Made by a program: the position numbers and the translations under genes. Below the pieces are notes generated by a model. That model had not been told where the DNA came from. It searched no databases and worked only from the letters and a program-made list of their open reading frames with translations. Of a stretch of 63,581 bases of DNA, positions 51,075 through 59,746 are shown piece by piece. This stretch comes from an uncultured Clostridia bacterium (lineage in GTDB: Bacteria; Bacillota; Clostridia; Oscillospirales; Acutalibacteraceae): the NCBI GenBank assembly GCA_946002045.1, contig CAMFYM010000001.1, positions 1-63,581 on the forward strand, given 5' to 3'. Within the stretch, counting starts at the first letter, position 1. Each line of letters starts with the position of its first letter.

Positions 51075-52115
51075 TTAAAAAAGTCGTGTTATATCGCTAA
51101 AGGTTACAAGGCACATAAATCCCAGCAGAACAATAAGTCCAACTGCGTTGATTAAATACTCTGCCTTTGAGGGAAGCTTTTTCCTTGTTATGCCTTCGCC
51201 TAATAAAACAAACAGTCTCCAGCCGTCTAATGCAGGAATAGGAAACAGATTGAACAAGCCGATATTAACCGTCAGCAAAGCCGTTATTCTTAACACGGAA
51301 TAGATTGATGTTTTAACTGCATCGGACACTATTGATACTGTGCCCACCGGTCCACTTAAATCAGACAATCCATACCTGCCCACAAGCAAATCGTGAACAG
51401 ATAAAAACACCATACGACCGTAGGAAATAAATTCCTTGAACGTTTGTGTGATAACATTAAAAAAGCTTTTTTCAACGCCTAAGAGCCAAAAGTCCATTTT
51501 TATATAACGGGTGCCCTCGTACTCATCTGTATCAAATTTTACACTTAATGCTTTGTCCTCACCGTTTCTTGATACCACCATATCAACGGTGCTGTCCTCA
51601 CTTCTTGAAAGACCTGTTTGAACATCGTTAGTGGTGTAAACTCGCATACCGTCAATGCTCTTGATTACATCACCTGCCTGCAAGCCACTTTTAACAGATA
51701 ATGCATTATCCTCAAATTTGGCAATCTGCGTGGTGCCCACAAGCTTACCCGATGACACGATAATCAGCACAATCACAAAGCCTAATATCAAATTCATCAC
51801 TGCGCCCGATACAACAACAAAAATCCTTTGCCAAACCTTTTTATTGACAAAAGCACCCTCGTCATCGCTATCGGAGTCCTCGCCCTCCATTTGACAATAG
51901 CCACCAAACAGAATCAGTCGAAGTGTATATTTTGTATCCTTACGAGTGAACTGAAGCAGCTTGGGACCCATACCGATAGAAAATTCATTAACCTTAATTT
52001 TCATTAAACGGGCTGCTGCATAATGTCCACCCTCGTGAACAATAATGATCAACTCAAAAAACAATATTGCAATTATGATTGGATAAACTGTATTCCAAAT
52101 ATTACTAATACTCAC
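51075..52115 (-). CDS. rseP: RseP/RasP M50 intramembrane metalloprotease
   Basis: HEGGH, PDZ domain and NLFPIPALDG. Confidence 0.93.
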   Translation of the reverse strand: MSISNIWNTVYPIIIAILFFELIIIVHEGGHYAAARLMKIKVNEFSIGMGPKLLQFTRKDTKYTLRLILFGGYCQMEGEDSDSDDEGAFVNKKVWQRIFVVVSGAVMNLILGFVIVLIIVSSGKLVGTTQIAKFEDNALSVKSGLQAGDVIKSIDGMRVYTTNDVQTGLSRSEDSTVDMVVSRNGEDKALSVKFDTDEYEGTRYIKMDFWLLGVEKSFFNVITQTFKEFISYGRMVFLSVHDLLVGRYGLSDLSGPVGTVSIVSDAVKTSIYSVLRITALLTVNIGLFNLFPIPALDGWRLFVLLGEGITRKKLPSKAEYLINAVGLIVLLGFMCLVTFSDITRLF

Positions 52116-53257
52116 TTAATCGCCTCAATAACATATTCTCTTGCAAGTCTGTCTGTTTCAAGCACATCTTGGAGAGTAAAATCCTTTTTGTCGGAAGCAT
52201 TAAGCATTGCTTCGTTATTAAGATATGCAATATCCGTGAATTTAATTTTACCGTTAAGGAAAAGCTTTACGCTTTCTTCATTAGCACCATTGGCTGCTGC
52301 CGGATGAAGTCCACCCATTTCTATTGCATTTCTGCAAACATCAATACATTTGAAGGTTTCATAATCGGGCTCAAAGAATGTGAGCTTACCGTAATCGGTT
52401 AATGACAGCTCTTTAACAGGACTTGGCTGACGCTGTGGATAGGTCAGTGCATACTGAATAGGTATTCTCATATCAGGCACACCAAGCTGCGCAATCATTG
52501 AATTATCCTGATAAACTATTGCAGAATGAACAACAGACTCACGGTGAACGACTATTTCTATATCCTCATTTTTCATATCAAACAGCCATTTAGCCTCAAT
52601 AAACTCAAGACCCTTGTTCATCATTGTGGCAGAGTCGATGGTTATTTTTGCTCCCATATCCCAGTTTGGATGCTTAAGAGCATCGGCAGCTGTTACATTT
52701 TCAAGCTCGGAAAGCTTTTTGCCGAAAAACGGTCCACCTGATGCAGTAAGAATAATTTTTTTGACTGCCTTTTTGTTAGGCATACCCTGCATTGACTGAA
52801 AAATTGCAGAGTGCTCACTATCAACAGGAAGTATATCAACGCCCATTTCCTTAGCAAGATTTGTGACAAGGTGACCACCTGCCACCAGTGTTTCCTTATT
52901 GGCAAGGGCAATAGTCTTTTTTGCCTTTATCGCCTCAAGAGTCGGCTGAAGTCCTACCATACCAACAACGGAATTAAGCACAATGTCTGCACCATCGTAT
53001 GTGGCACATTCGATAAGTCCCTCCATACCACAGGTAACTCTTGTGCTTGTATCCTTAATTCTATCCTTAAGCTCCTTTGCAGATTTTTCGTTCATCATAC
53101 AAACAAGCTCCGGATTAAATTCCCTAACCTGATTTTCAATAATCTCAGCACGAGAATTAGCAGTAAGACATTTTACCGTATAGCCATGCATACGACAAAC
53201 ATCAAGGCTTTGTGTACCTATTGAGCCGGTTGAACCTAAAAGTGAAATGCTTTTCAT
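52112..53257 (-). CDS. dxr: 1-deoxy-D-xylulose-5-phosphate reductoisomerase
   Basis: LGSTGSIG, LANKE, PVDSEHSA and HPNW.MG.KITIDSA motifs. Confidence 0.97.
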   Translation of the reverse strand: MKSISLLGSTGSIGTQSLDVCRMHGYTVKCLTANSRAEIIENQVREFNPELVCMMNEKSAKELKDRIKDTSTRVTCGMEGLIECATYDGADIVLNSVVGMVGLQPTLEAIKAKKTIALANKETLVAGGHLVTNLAKEMGVDILPVDSEHSAIFQSMQGMPNKKAVKKIILTASGGPFFGKKLSELENVTAADALKHPNWDMGAKITIDSATMMNKGLEFIEAKWLFDMKNEDIEIVVHRESVVHSAIVYQDNSMIAQLGVPDMRIPIQYALTYPQRQPSPVKELSLTDYGKLTFFEPDYETFKCIDVCRNAIEMGGLHPAAANGANEESVKLFLNGKIKFTDIAYLNNEAMLNASDKKDFTLQDVLETDRLAREYVIEAIK

Positions 53258-53284
53258 ATCATCACCTAAAACATAAGTAGTTAA

Positions 53285-54163
53285 TTAAAACAGTATTTTT
53301 GATGCAAGTGCAATTATGTAGGTGCAAGGAAGTGTAAATAATGACGAGTCAAGTCTATCCATTACTCCACCGTGACCGGGGAAAATCTTGCCGAAATCCT
53401 TAACACCGAAATTCCTTTTAAGCACTGAAGCTGAAAGGTCGCCCATCATTCCCATAAACGAAACAGGCAGGCAACAAGCAAGAAGAAGTGTTGCCATTGA
53501 CCTATCAAGGGGTACGGCAGCTGCCTTGTTATAAACAGCAATAGCGATACCGTTAAGAATTAAGCTGACAATCAGTCCACCAACGGCACCCTCAACAGTT
53601 TTCTTTGGAGAAATGTTTGGTGACATTTTATGCTTACCTATTGCCATACCTGTAAGCTGTGCGCCTGTGTCTGTTGCCAAAGCACAAACAAGAGCAAAGA
53701 AAATGAGATAAACACCAAACTGCATATTATCAAACATATCACGAAGTCTGATAAAAATGCTAAAGCCAAAGGGTACAACAACGCTTGCAAATATGCTGAC
53801 TGCCACATCCTCAAAGGTTGTGTATGCATATCCCTTAAGCATTGCCAAAAGGAACACAAGGCAAAGAACAATAATAAATACTATCTTCGGTACTGTGCCG
53901 ATAACCTTACCCCAAAGCTCTGCACTGACTAACGGAAGCAATACCTTTTCGCTTGCGAAAAACGGAGTAGCTGCTGAAAAGATAATTCCTACAACCTTGA
54001 TAAAAGTGTTTTGAACATTAGCACATCTCATTATTTCACCACTTGCTACTGCAGAAAGAAATGCAACTGCAATAACAAGAGCAGGTGTATTTATTTGCCA
54101 AACAACAACGGCAAGAACTGCCAGCAGACAAACTGCTGTAATAACTCTTTGCTTCATATTCAT
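53285..54163 (-). CDS. cdsA: phosphatidate cytidylyltransferase
   Basis: SPKKTVEG and KR..GVKDFG..FPGHGG..DRLDS motifs. Confidence 0.94.
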   Translation of the reverse strand: MNMKQRVITAVCLLAVLAVVVWQINTPALVIAVAFLSAVASGEIMRCANVQNTFIKVVGIIFSAATPFFASEKVLLPLVSAELWGKVIGTVPKIVFIIVLCLVFLLAMLKGYAYTTFEDVAVSIFASVVVPFGFSIFIRLRDMFDNMQFGVYLIFFALVCALATDTGAQLTGMAIGKHKMSPNISPKKTVEGAVGGLIVSLILNGIAIAVYNKAAAVPLDRSMATLLLACCLPVSFMGMMGDLSASVLKRNFGVKDFGKIFPGHGGVMDRLDSSLFTLPCTYIIALASKILF

Positions 54164-54876
54164 CCTCCGAAACGACGATTTCTTTTTTCAAACTCTTTTA
54201 AAGCAGAATGCAAATCACTGATTTTGAAATCAGGCCACAGCACATCACTGTACCAAAACTCACTGTATGCAGCCTGCCACAGCAGGAAGTTAGATAATCG
54301 TTCCTCACCACTTGGTCTGATTATCAAATCACAGTCAGGAACTGTATAAATGTTATTTGAAATATCTTCCTCAGTAATATTGGTTTTACCACTGTCAATA
54401 AGCTTATTAACGGCAGATACAATTTCCTGCCTGCCACCGTAGTTAATAGCAAGGTAAACGGTTGTGCCTGTGTGGGACGCTGTTTCAGCCTCTGCCTCGT
54501 CCATAAGGTCAAGGAGCTCCTGTGAAATTCCCTCACGCTCACCGATAAAAACAATTCTGCTGTTGCCTGCTTGGGTCATATCGCTTTTTGCCTCAAGCAA
54601 ATAATCCATAAAAAGACTCATTAAAGCGTCTATCTCTTCCTTAGGACGCCTCCAATTCTCTGTTGAAAAGGCGTAAAAGGTTACATATTTAATGCCTAAT
54701 CGTTCGCACTCCTTACTGATTGTACGAAAAACATTTGCTCCTGCCTTATGACCGGCAGAGCGAGGAAGTGCTCTTTTTTTTGCCCATCTGCCGTTACCGT
54801 CCATAATAATACCAATATGATTCGGCAGCACGGAAAATTCAACTGTTTGATTATTTTTCTTACTTAACAAAGCCAT
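54160..54876 (-). CDS. uppS: undecaprenyl diphosphate synthase
   Basis: IMDGNGRWA, FSTENW and RPSGEERLSNFLLWQ motifs. Confidence 0.96.
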   Translation of the reverse strand: MALLSKKNNQTVEFSVLPNHIGIIMDGNGRWAKKRALPRSAGHKAGANVFRTISKECERLGIKYVTFYAFSTENWRRPKEEIDALMSLFMDYLLEAKSDMTQAGNSRIVFIGEREGISQELLDLMDEAEAETASHTGTTVYLAINYGGRQEIVSAVNKLIDSGKTNITEEDISNNIYTVPDCDLIIRPSGEERLSNFLLWQAAYSEFWYSDVLWPDFKISDLHSALKEFEKRNRRFGG

Positions 54877-54913
54877 AATCCCGACCTCCTAACTGCACTA
54901 TAAATACAGTTAT

Positions 54914-54937
54914 AGGGCGACATATTACAGTCGCCCT
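54914..54937 (-). terminator. hairpin after frr
   Basis: AGGGCGAC-8 nt-GTCGCCCT; weak U-tract. Confidence 0.45.
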
Positions 54938-54951
54938 CCAAAATACATAAT

Positions 54952-55506
54952 TTAAAGAGAAAGAACTTCCTCTTCCTTCTTTTTAGTGATAGCCTCAGAC
55001 TGCTTGATAAAATCGTCAGTAATGTCTTGAAGCTTCTTTTCGCCGTCCTTTTGGTCATCCTCGGTAATCTCGTTATTCTTCTTAAGCTTTTTAATGCTAT
55101 CCATTGCATCACGGCGAACATTTCTAATGGCAACCTTTGCTTCCTCACCACGCTTTGCAATATCCTTTTGGAGATTTTTACGGTGCTCCTCTGTAAGCTG
55201 TGGGAAAGCAAGTCTAATTACCTTACCGTCATTTTGAGGGTTAATACCTATATCTGACATATTGATTGCCTTTTCAATATCCCTGAGAGTTGATGCATCC
55301 CATGGCTGAATAACAAGAAGTCTTGCCTCCGGAACGCTTATTGCTGCCATTTGATTAACAGGAGTCGGTGATCCGTAATAATCCACCATAACCTTATCAA
55401 GTACGGCAGGATTAGCTCTTCCGGCTCTGATTGATGAAAAATCCCTTTCAAGTGAATCAAGGCATTTTTCCATCTTTTCCTTAGTTTTAGCAAATACTGT
55501 TTCCAT
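54952..55506 (-). CDS. frr: ribosome recycling factor
   Basis: IRAGRANP, NPQNDG and AIRNVRRD motifs. Confidence 0.97.
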   Translation of the reverse strand: METVFAKTKEKMEKCLDSLERDFSSIRAGRANPAVLDKVMVDYYGSPTPVNQMAAISVPEARLLVIQPWDASTLRDIEKAINMSDIGINPQNDGKVIRLAFPQLTEEHRKNLQKDIAKRGEEAKVAIRNVRRDAMDSIKKLKKNNEITEDDQKDGEKKLQDITDDFIKQSEAITKKKEEEVLSL

Positions 55507-55542
55507 AAATTTTACCTCTCTATATTTATAAATAAATGAAAA

Positions 55543-56250
55543 TTAGTTTTTAACAAGTGTACCGATTTTCTCACCCTTAACTGCTCTTACAACATTTTCA
55601 GGGTCTGTTAAATCAAATACAAGGATAGATAAATCGTTGTCCTTGCAAAGTGAGAAGGCTGTTGAATCCATAACCTTAATATCACGGGCAAGAACCTCTT
55701 TAAACTGAACCTCGTCAAACTTAACAGCATCATCATATTTGTTAGGGTCCTTGTCATAAACGCCGTCAACATTAGTTGCCTTAAGAAGAACATCGGCGTT
55801 AATTTCTACCGCTCTTAATGCAGCAGCAGTATCTGTTGAGAAGAACGGTGAGCCTGTGCCACAACCGAAAATAACAATTCTACCCTTTTCAAAATGTCTA
55901 ATGGCTTTATTCCTAATATATGGCTCTGCAATTTGACGCATCTCTATTGCAGTTTGTACTCTAACATCTGCGCCAAGCTGCTCAAGAGCATCACAAAGAG
56001 CAAGTGAATTCATTGCAGTTGCCAACATACCGATATGGTCTGCTCTTGTTCTGTCCATATGCTCGCTTGTTCTGCCACGCCAGAAGTTGCCACCACCAAC
56101 AACGATACCAACCTCTACGCCTAAATCAGCTACTGCTTTGACTGAACGGCAAATTTTAACTACTGTGTCGTTATCAATGCCTGTTCCCTTTTCTCCTGCA
56201 AGTACCTCGCCACTAAGCTTTAATAAAATTCTCTTATATTCGATACTCAT
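55543..56250 (-). CDS. pyrH: UMP kinase
   Basis: [17 protein letters not shown] and PFFSTDT motifs. Confidence 0.97.
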   Translation of the reverse strand: MSIEYKRILLKLSGEVLAGEKGTGIDNDTVVKICRSVKAVADLGVEVGIVVGGGNFWRGRTSEHMDRTRADHIGMLATAMNSLALCDALEQLGADVRVQTAIEMRQIAEPYIRNKAIRHFEKGRIVIFGCGTGSPFFSTDTAAALRAVEINADVLLKATNVDGVYDKDPNKYDDAVKFDEVQFKEVLARDIKVMDSTAFSLCKDNDLSILVFDLTDPENVVRAVKGEKIGTLVKN

Positions 56251-56345
56251 ATAAGTTTCCTCCGAAGCTAAAATCTTATATATATAATAATATAATTCAA
56301 CTGTAAAGTAAATAGTTAGAATGTAAATTATATATAAATTTACAT

Positions 56346-56380
56346 AAAAAAACAGGCTGTCAACAAAATGACAGCCTGTT
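56346..56380 (-). terminator. intrinsic terminator of the LRR gene
   Basis: AACAGGCTGTCA-6 nt-TGACAGCCTGTT plus a U-tract. Confidence 0.85.
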
Positions 56381-56660
56381 GGGGTGTCCTGAATAAAGAG
56401 GGGTATGGTTTAATTTTTCTGAATTTAGCCCATAGCACTATTAAAAAATCCCGTTAATACGCAAGTATTGACGGGATTTTGTTAATGCACTCTGAACTAA
56501 ATCAGTTTGATTAAACTGCTTCGCACTTAAAAACACGAGAAACAGATGAAAGGCAAGGCATAATTTGAGGGGCAGGCTTTACGCCTTCACCGAAAATTTA
56601 ACGACGCATTTCGCTGTTTTCTCCTGTTTTTAAGCTATACCTCTTTATTTAGGACACCCC
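56381..56660. mobile_element. 280-bp non-coding MITE-like element
   Basis: Terminal inverted repeats GGGGTGTCCT(G/A)AATAAAGAGG, 20/21 match; TT on both flanks; two long internal hairpins; no ORF in the track. Confidence 0.7.
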
Positions 56661-56668
56661 TTATAATA

Positions 56669-59131
56669 TTATTTTTTTGATAATTGTACCAAATAAGCAT
56701 AGTCCTTTGCGTTGAGGATACCGTCGTTTATTACATCAAACTGATAGCCAAGACGAGTGTCACCCGGCTTTGTATTGATATAAGTTGAGCTCCAAGCAGC
56801 CTTAACAGTTACTACACTTGCAGATGCCTCGTTATCACAGGCAGAGCAGATATATGTTAATCTGTTATTTTCCGTTACACTTGTAAACACATACGAATGG
56901 CCGGGTGCAGGAACTGTATTAACTCTTGTTTCGCTGCAATGGTTACAGGTGTCCTGTGTTGTCGTCGGTACAGTACAGCTGCCTGCCGTTACAACTTTTG
57001 TTGAATAATTGCCGTCAATCCACTCGTCGTGCTGTGTTGTTCTTCCGGACACATATTGACAACGGGTACAGGTACTTGATACAAGGCTGTGACCGGGCTT
57101 ATCTGCGATTGCCTCAACAACATTTTCGTAATTATGTCCCAATGCGTTAAGAATAATTGTAAATTCGTTGCTGCATACCGTACATACAGATGTAGCTTCG
57201 CCATCCTCCTCACAGGTTGGGTCAGTGATAATTGTGTAATTAAGCTCATCAACAGTATGACCTAATGCCTTCAATATATCCTTTTGTGAAAATCCACAAA
57301 CCGTACATTTTGAAATATTATATCCCTCTGTTGTGCAGGTTGGTGCAAGAGAAACCGACTCATCAAGAACAAGGGTATGACCTGTTTTTTCTATTATCTC
57401 CGACTTGGTGGAAGTACAGTTGTGGCAAGCGTACGCTATTGAACCGTCTGCTGTGCAGGTAGGCTCACGCCTTGCAGTAACATACCAGTCGTGGTCATTA
57501 GTAGGTGGAATAGTAACTAATCGTGTTTTACTGCAAATGGTACAGGTATCAAGTCTTACGCCACTTCTTGAGCAGGAGCTTGCCTCTCTTGTAGTTGAGG
57601 TGTAATAATTCTCTATCCATTCCTGATGCTCAGGTGTCGTTTCAGTTACATCACAACGCTCACACCTTTTTGTTAAGTAGGTATGACCGTCCTCCTGAGT
57701 TTTATCCTCTACGCTGTCATCAACAAAGGAGTGACCTAATGCAGCAATCTCCTGTGTTACGGTAATTCCACAAACAGTACAGGTGCCCTGCTGCTCACCC
57801 TTTTCGGTACAGGTAGGTTCAACAGTTACATTATAGGAATCAACCTTGTGCTGTGCCAATGCAGGAACAATCCTATCTCTTTGAGTACAATTAGGATATG
57901 TGCAATGATATTTTTCGTATCCTGATTTATCACAGGTTGCAGTATTCTCGTAATCGTAATATCCCTTTACCCAGCCAACATGCTCAATCTCCTGCTTTTC
58001 CTCATTACAATTAAGACATACGGAATTAGTTGTAATATGGCCGTTTTCTGCTGACTGATCAACACTGCTTGTTACCTGCCAATTATGACCTGTGGCAGCT
58101 AACTCGGAGGTGGATACAACAAAGCCACATTTGTCACAAATCTGAGTGGTTGTGCCCTTTTCGGTACAGGTAGGATTTAATGTGATTACCTCGTGCTTAT
58201 TTGTATGAGCACAGGAATCTATTGATTCAAACACATATGTGCTGTGGGGATGCTCGTTAACATAAGTTTCTGTTGTGGAGCCACTGTGACCCTTGAACAC
58301 TATTGTTTGGTTAGAAATCTGTGTAGCACCGTAGAAGGGGTCCTCCTCTGCTACTGATATACCCTCAAATACGCAGTTAGGATTATGAACTAAAACGGTT
58401 AAAAGGTTATAGTTATTAGCAAATGAACGGGTGCCGATTGATGAAACTTTTTCAGGGATAACAAGGTCGATGATATTACAGTTAAAGAATGAATATGTAT
58501 CAATCTTTTCAATGCTCGATGACAATGTTAGGTACTTAACGCCTGCATCGTAAAAAGCCTCTACACCTGTTGAGGTTAAGCCTGTGCCGTATCTAACTGT
58601 TTCAAGATTTGTGCAGCCACGAAATACACCGATACCAAGAGTAGTTACGGAATCGGGAATTGTAATTGACTTTAATGAAGTGCAATCTCTAAATGCTAAA
58701 TCATCAATTTCAGTAAGACCTTCAGGCAGAACAATGCTTTCAATAGAAGAACATTCTCTAAAAGCTCCGTAGTTAAGGGAACCACCCTTAATCACCTTAA
58801 GTGTGCTAGGCAGAGTTACGCTTGTAACATTTGAAAAGCCGTAAAAGGCAAGTACACCGATAGCTGTAACGCCCTCGCCAACCTTTATTGTAGTGCAATC
58901 GGGCTTATAGCTACGCCAGGGTACTGCTGTGGCAGCAATATAACTCTTCATATCACCGGTGCCTGTAATACTTAATGTTTTGGTTAAAGCGCTATAACTC
59001 CATTTAACGCTTGCACCGTCGGCACTGCAGTCACCACTGGTGGCACCGAAGGCGTTTATTGCACCAAAGCCTACTACCGAAGCAATGATTATTGAAAGTG
59101 AAGTAATTACTGCTATTATTCTTTTTTTCAC
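56669..59131 (-). CDS. secreted BspA-type leucine-rich-repeat protein with Cys/His repeats and a C-terminal dockerin-like motif
   Basis: Signal peptide; AFxxCxxLxSIxIPxxVxxIG repeats; many PTCT..G...CxxC...GH units; DVINDGILNAKD. Confidence 0.85.
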   Translation of the reverse strand: MKKRIIAVITSLSIIIASVVGFGAINAFGATSGDCSADGASVKWSYSALTKTLSITGTGDMKSYIAATAVPWRSYKPDCTTIKVGEGVTAIGVLAFYGFSNVTSVTLPSTLKVIKGGSLNYGAFRECSSIESIVLPEGLTEIDDLAFRDCTSLKSITIPDSVTTLGIGVFRGCTNLETVRYGTGLTSTGVEAFYDAGVKYLTLSSSIEKIDTYSFFNCNIIDLVIPEKVSSIGTRSFANNYNLLTVLVHNPNCVFEGISVAEEDPFYGATQISNQTIVFKGHSGSTTETYVNEHPHSTYVFESIDSCAHTNKHEVITLNPTCTEKGTTTQICDKCGFVVSTSELAATGHNWQVTSSVDQSAENGHITTNSVCLNCNEEKQEIEHVGWVKGYYDYENTATCDKSGYEKYHCTYPNCTQRDRIVPALAQHKVDSYNVTVEPTCTEKGEQQGTCTVCGITVTQEIAALGHSFVDDSVEDKTQEDGHTYLTKRCERCDVTETTPEHQEWIENYYTSTTREASSCSRSGVRLDTCTICSKTRLVTIPPTNDHDWYVTARREPTCTADGSIAYACHNCTSTKSEIIEKTGHTLVLDESVSLAPTCTTEGYNISKCTVCGFSQKDILKALGHTVDELNYTIITDPTCEEDGEATSVCTVCSNEFTIILNALGHNYENVVEAIADKPGHSLVSSTCTRCQYVSGRTTQHDEWIDGNYSTKVVTAGSCTVPTTTQDTCNHCSETRVNTVPAPGHSYVFTSVTENNRLTYICSACDNEASASVVTVKAAWSSTYINTKPGDTRLGYQFDVINDGILNAKDYAYLVQLSKK

Positions 59132-59161
59132 AAAACCACCCCAAAATTATCCATTTATAAA

Positions 59162-59190
59162 ATTATAACACACTAAATAATTATTTTCAA
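59162..59190 (-). promoter_or_regulatory. sigma-A promoter of the LRR gene
   Basis: TTGAAA-17 nt-TATAAT with extended -10 TG. Confidence 0.65.
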
Positions 59191-59191
59191 C

Positions 59192-59226
59192 AAAAATAAA
59201 AACCTTATGCATTTGCATAAGGTTTT
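59192..59226 (-). terminator. terminator of the tRNA operon
   Basis: AAAACCTTATGCA/TGCATAAGGTTTT hairpin plus a U-tract. Confidence 0.85.
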
Positions 59227-59301
59227 GGTGACCCATCGGGGAGTCGAACCCCGGACACCTTGATTAAAAGTCAAGTGCTCTGCCATCTGAGCTAATGGAT
59301 C
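59226..59301 (-). tRNA. tRNA-Lys(TTT)
   Basis: Cloverleaf with CTTTTAA anticodon loop, GGTTCGA and encoded CCA. Confidence 0.96.
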
Positions 59302-59327
59302 ATATCACCCCGTAAAAAAACGAGGTG

Positions 59328-59402
59328 TGGCTGGGGAGGCGGGATTCGAACCCACGCGTGACGGAGTCAAAGTCCGTTGCCTTACCGCTTGGCTACACCC
59401 CA
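59328..59402 (-). tRNA. tRNA-Gln(TTG)
   Basis: TGGGGTGTAGCCAAGCGG...CTTTGAC...GTTCGAAT...CCA. Confidence 0.96.
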
Positions 59403-59423
59403 ATGTAGGGTAAAAAATATAAG

Positions 59424-59501
59424 TGGGGTGGGATATCGGATTCGAACCGATGACCTCCAGTGCCACAAACTGGCGCTCTAACCAACTGAACTAATCCCAC
59501 C
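59424..59501 (-). tRNA. tRNA-His(GTG)
   Basis: TTGTGGC anticodon loop, encoded G-1 and CCA. Confidence 0.96.
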
Positions 59502-59543
59502 ATATATGTAAAAGCACCGAGGTGCTGTTACCAACTCTTTGAT

Positions 59544-59620
59544 TGGCGCGCTGAGAGGGACTCGAACCCCCGACCTACTGCTTAGAAGGCAGTTGCTCTA
59601 TCCAGCTGAGCTATCAGCGC
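59544..59620 (-). tRNA. tRNA-Arg(TCT)
   Basis: CTTCTAA anticodon loop, cloverleaf and CCA. Confidence 0.96.
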
Positions 59621-59623
59621 AAA

Positions 59624-59697
59624 TGGAGCGGGTGATGGGAATCGAACCCACACAACCAGCTTGGAAGGCTGGGATTCTACCATTGAACTACACCCGC
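59624..59697 (-). tRNA. tRNA-Gly(TCC)
   Basis: GCGGGTGTAGTTCAATGG...CTTCCAA...CCA. Confidence 0.96.
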
Positions 59698-59710
59698 AAC
59701 AACGGTCATT

Positions 59711-59739
59711 ATTATAACCAATGGCCGTCAATGTGTCAA
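59711..59739 (-). promoter_or_regulatory. consensus sigma-A promoter of the tRNA operon
   Basis: Perfect TTGACA-17 nt-TATAAT. Confidence 0.9.
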
Positions 59740-59746
59740 GTCTTTT

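Noticed and set aside
56381-59226. genomic island integrated at the tRNA-Lys 3' end
   Set aside because: No integrase and no repeat of the tRNA 3' end; the tRNA terminator is intact
59328-59402. U6-U67 mismatch in the tRNA-Gln acceptor stem
   Set aside because: A single mismatch in an otherwise canonical tRNA is not evidence of a pseudogene or of editing
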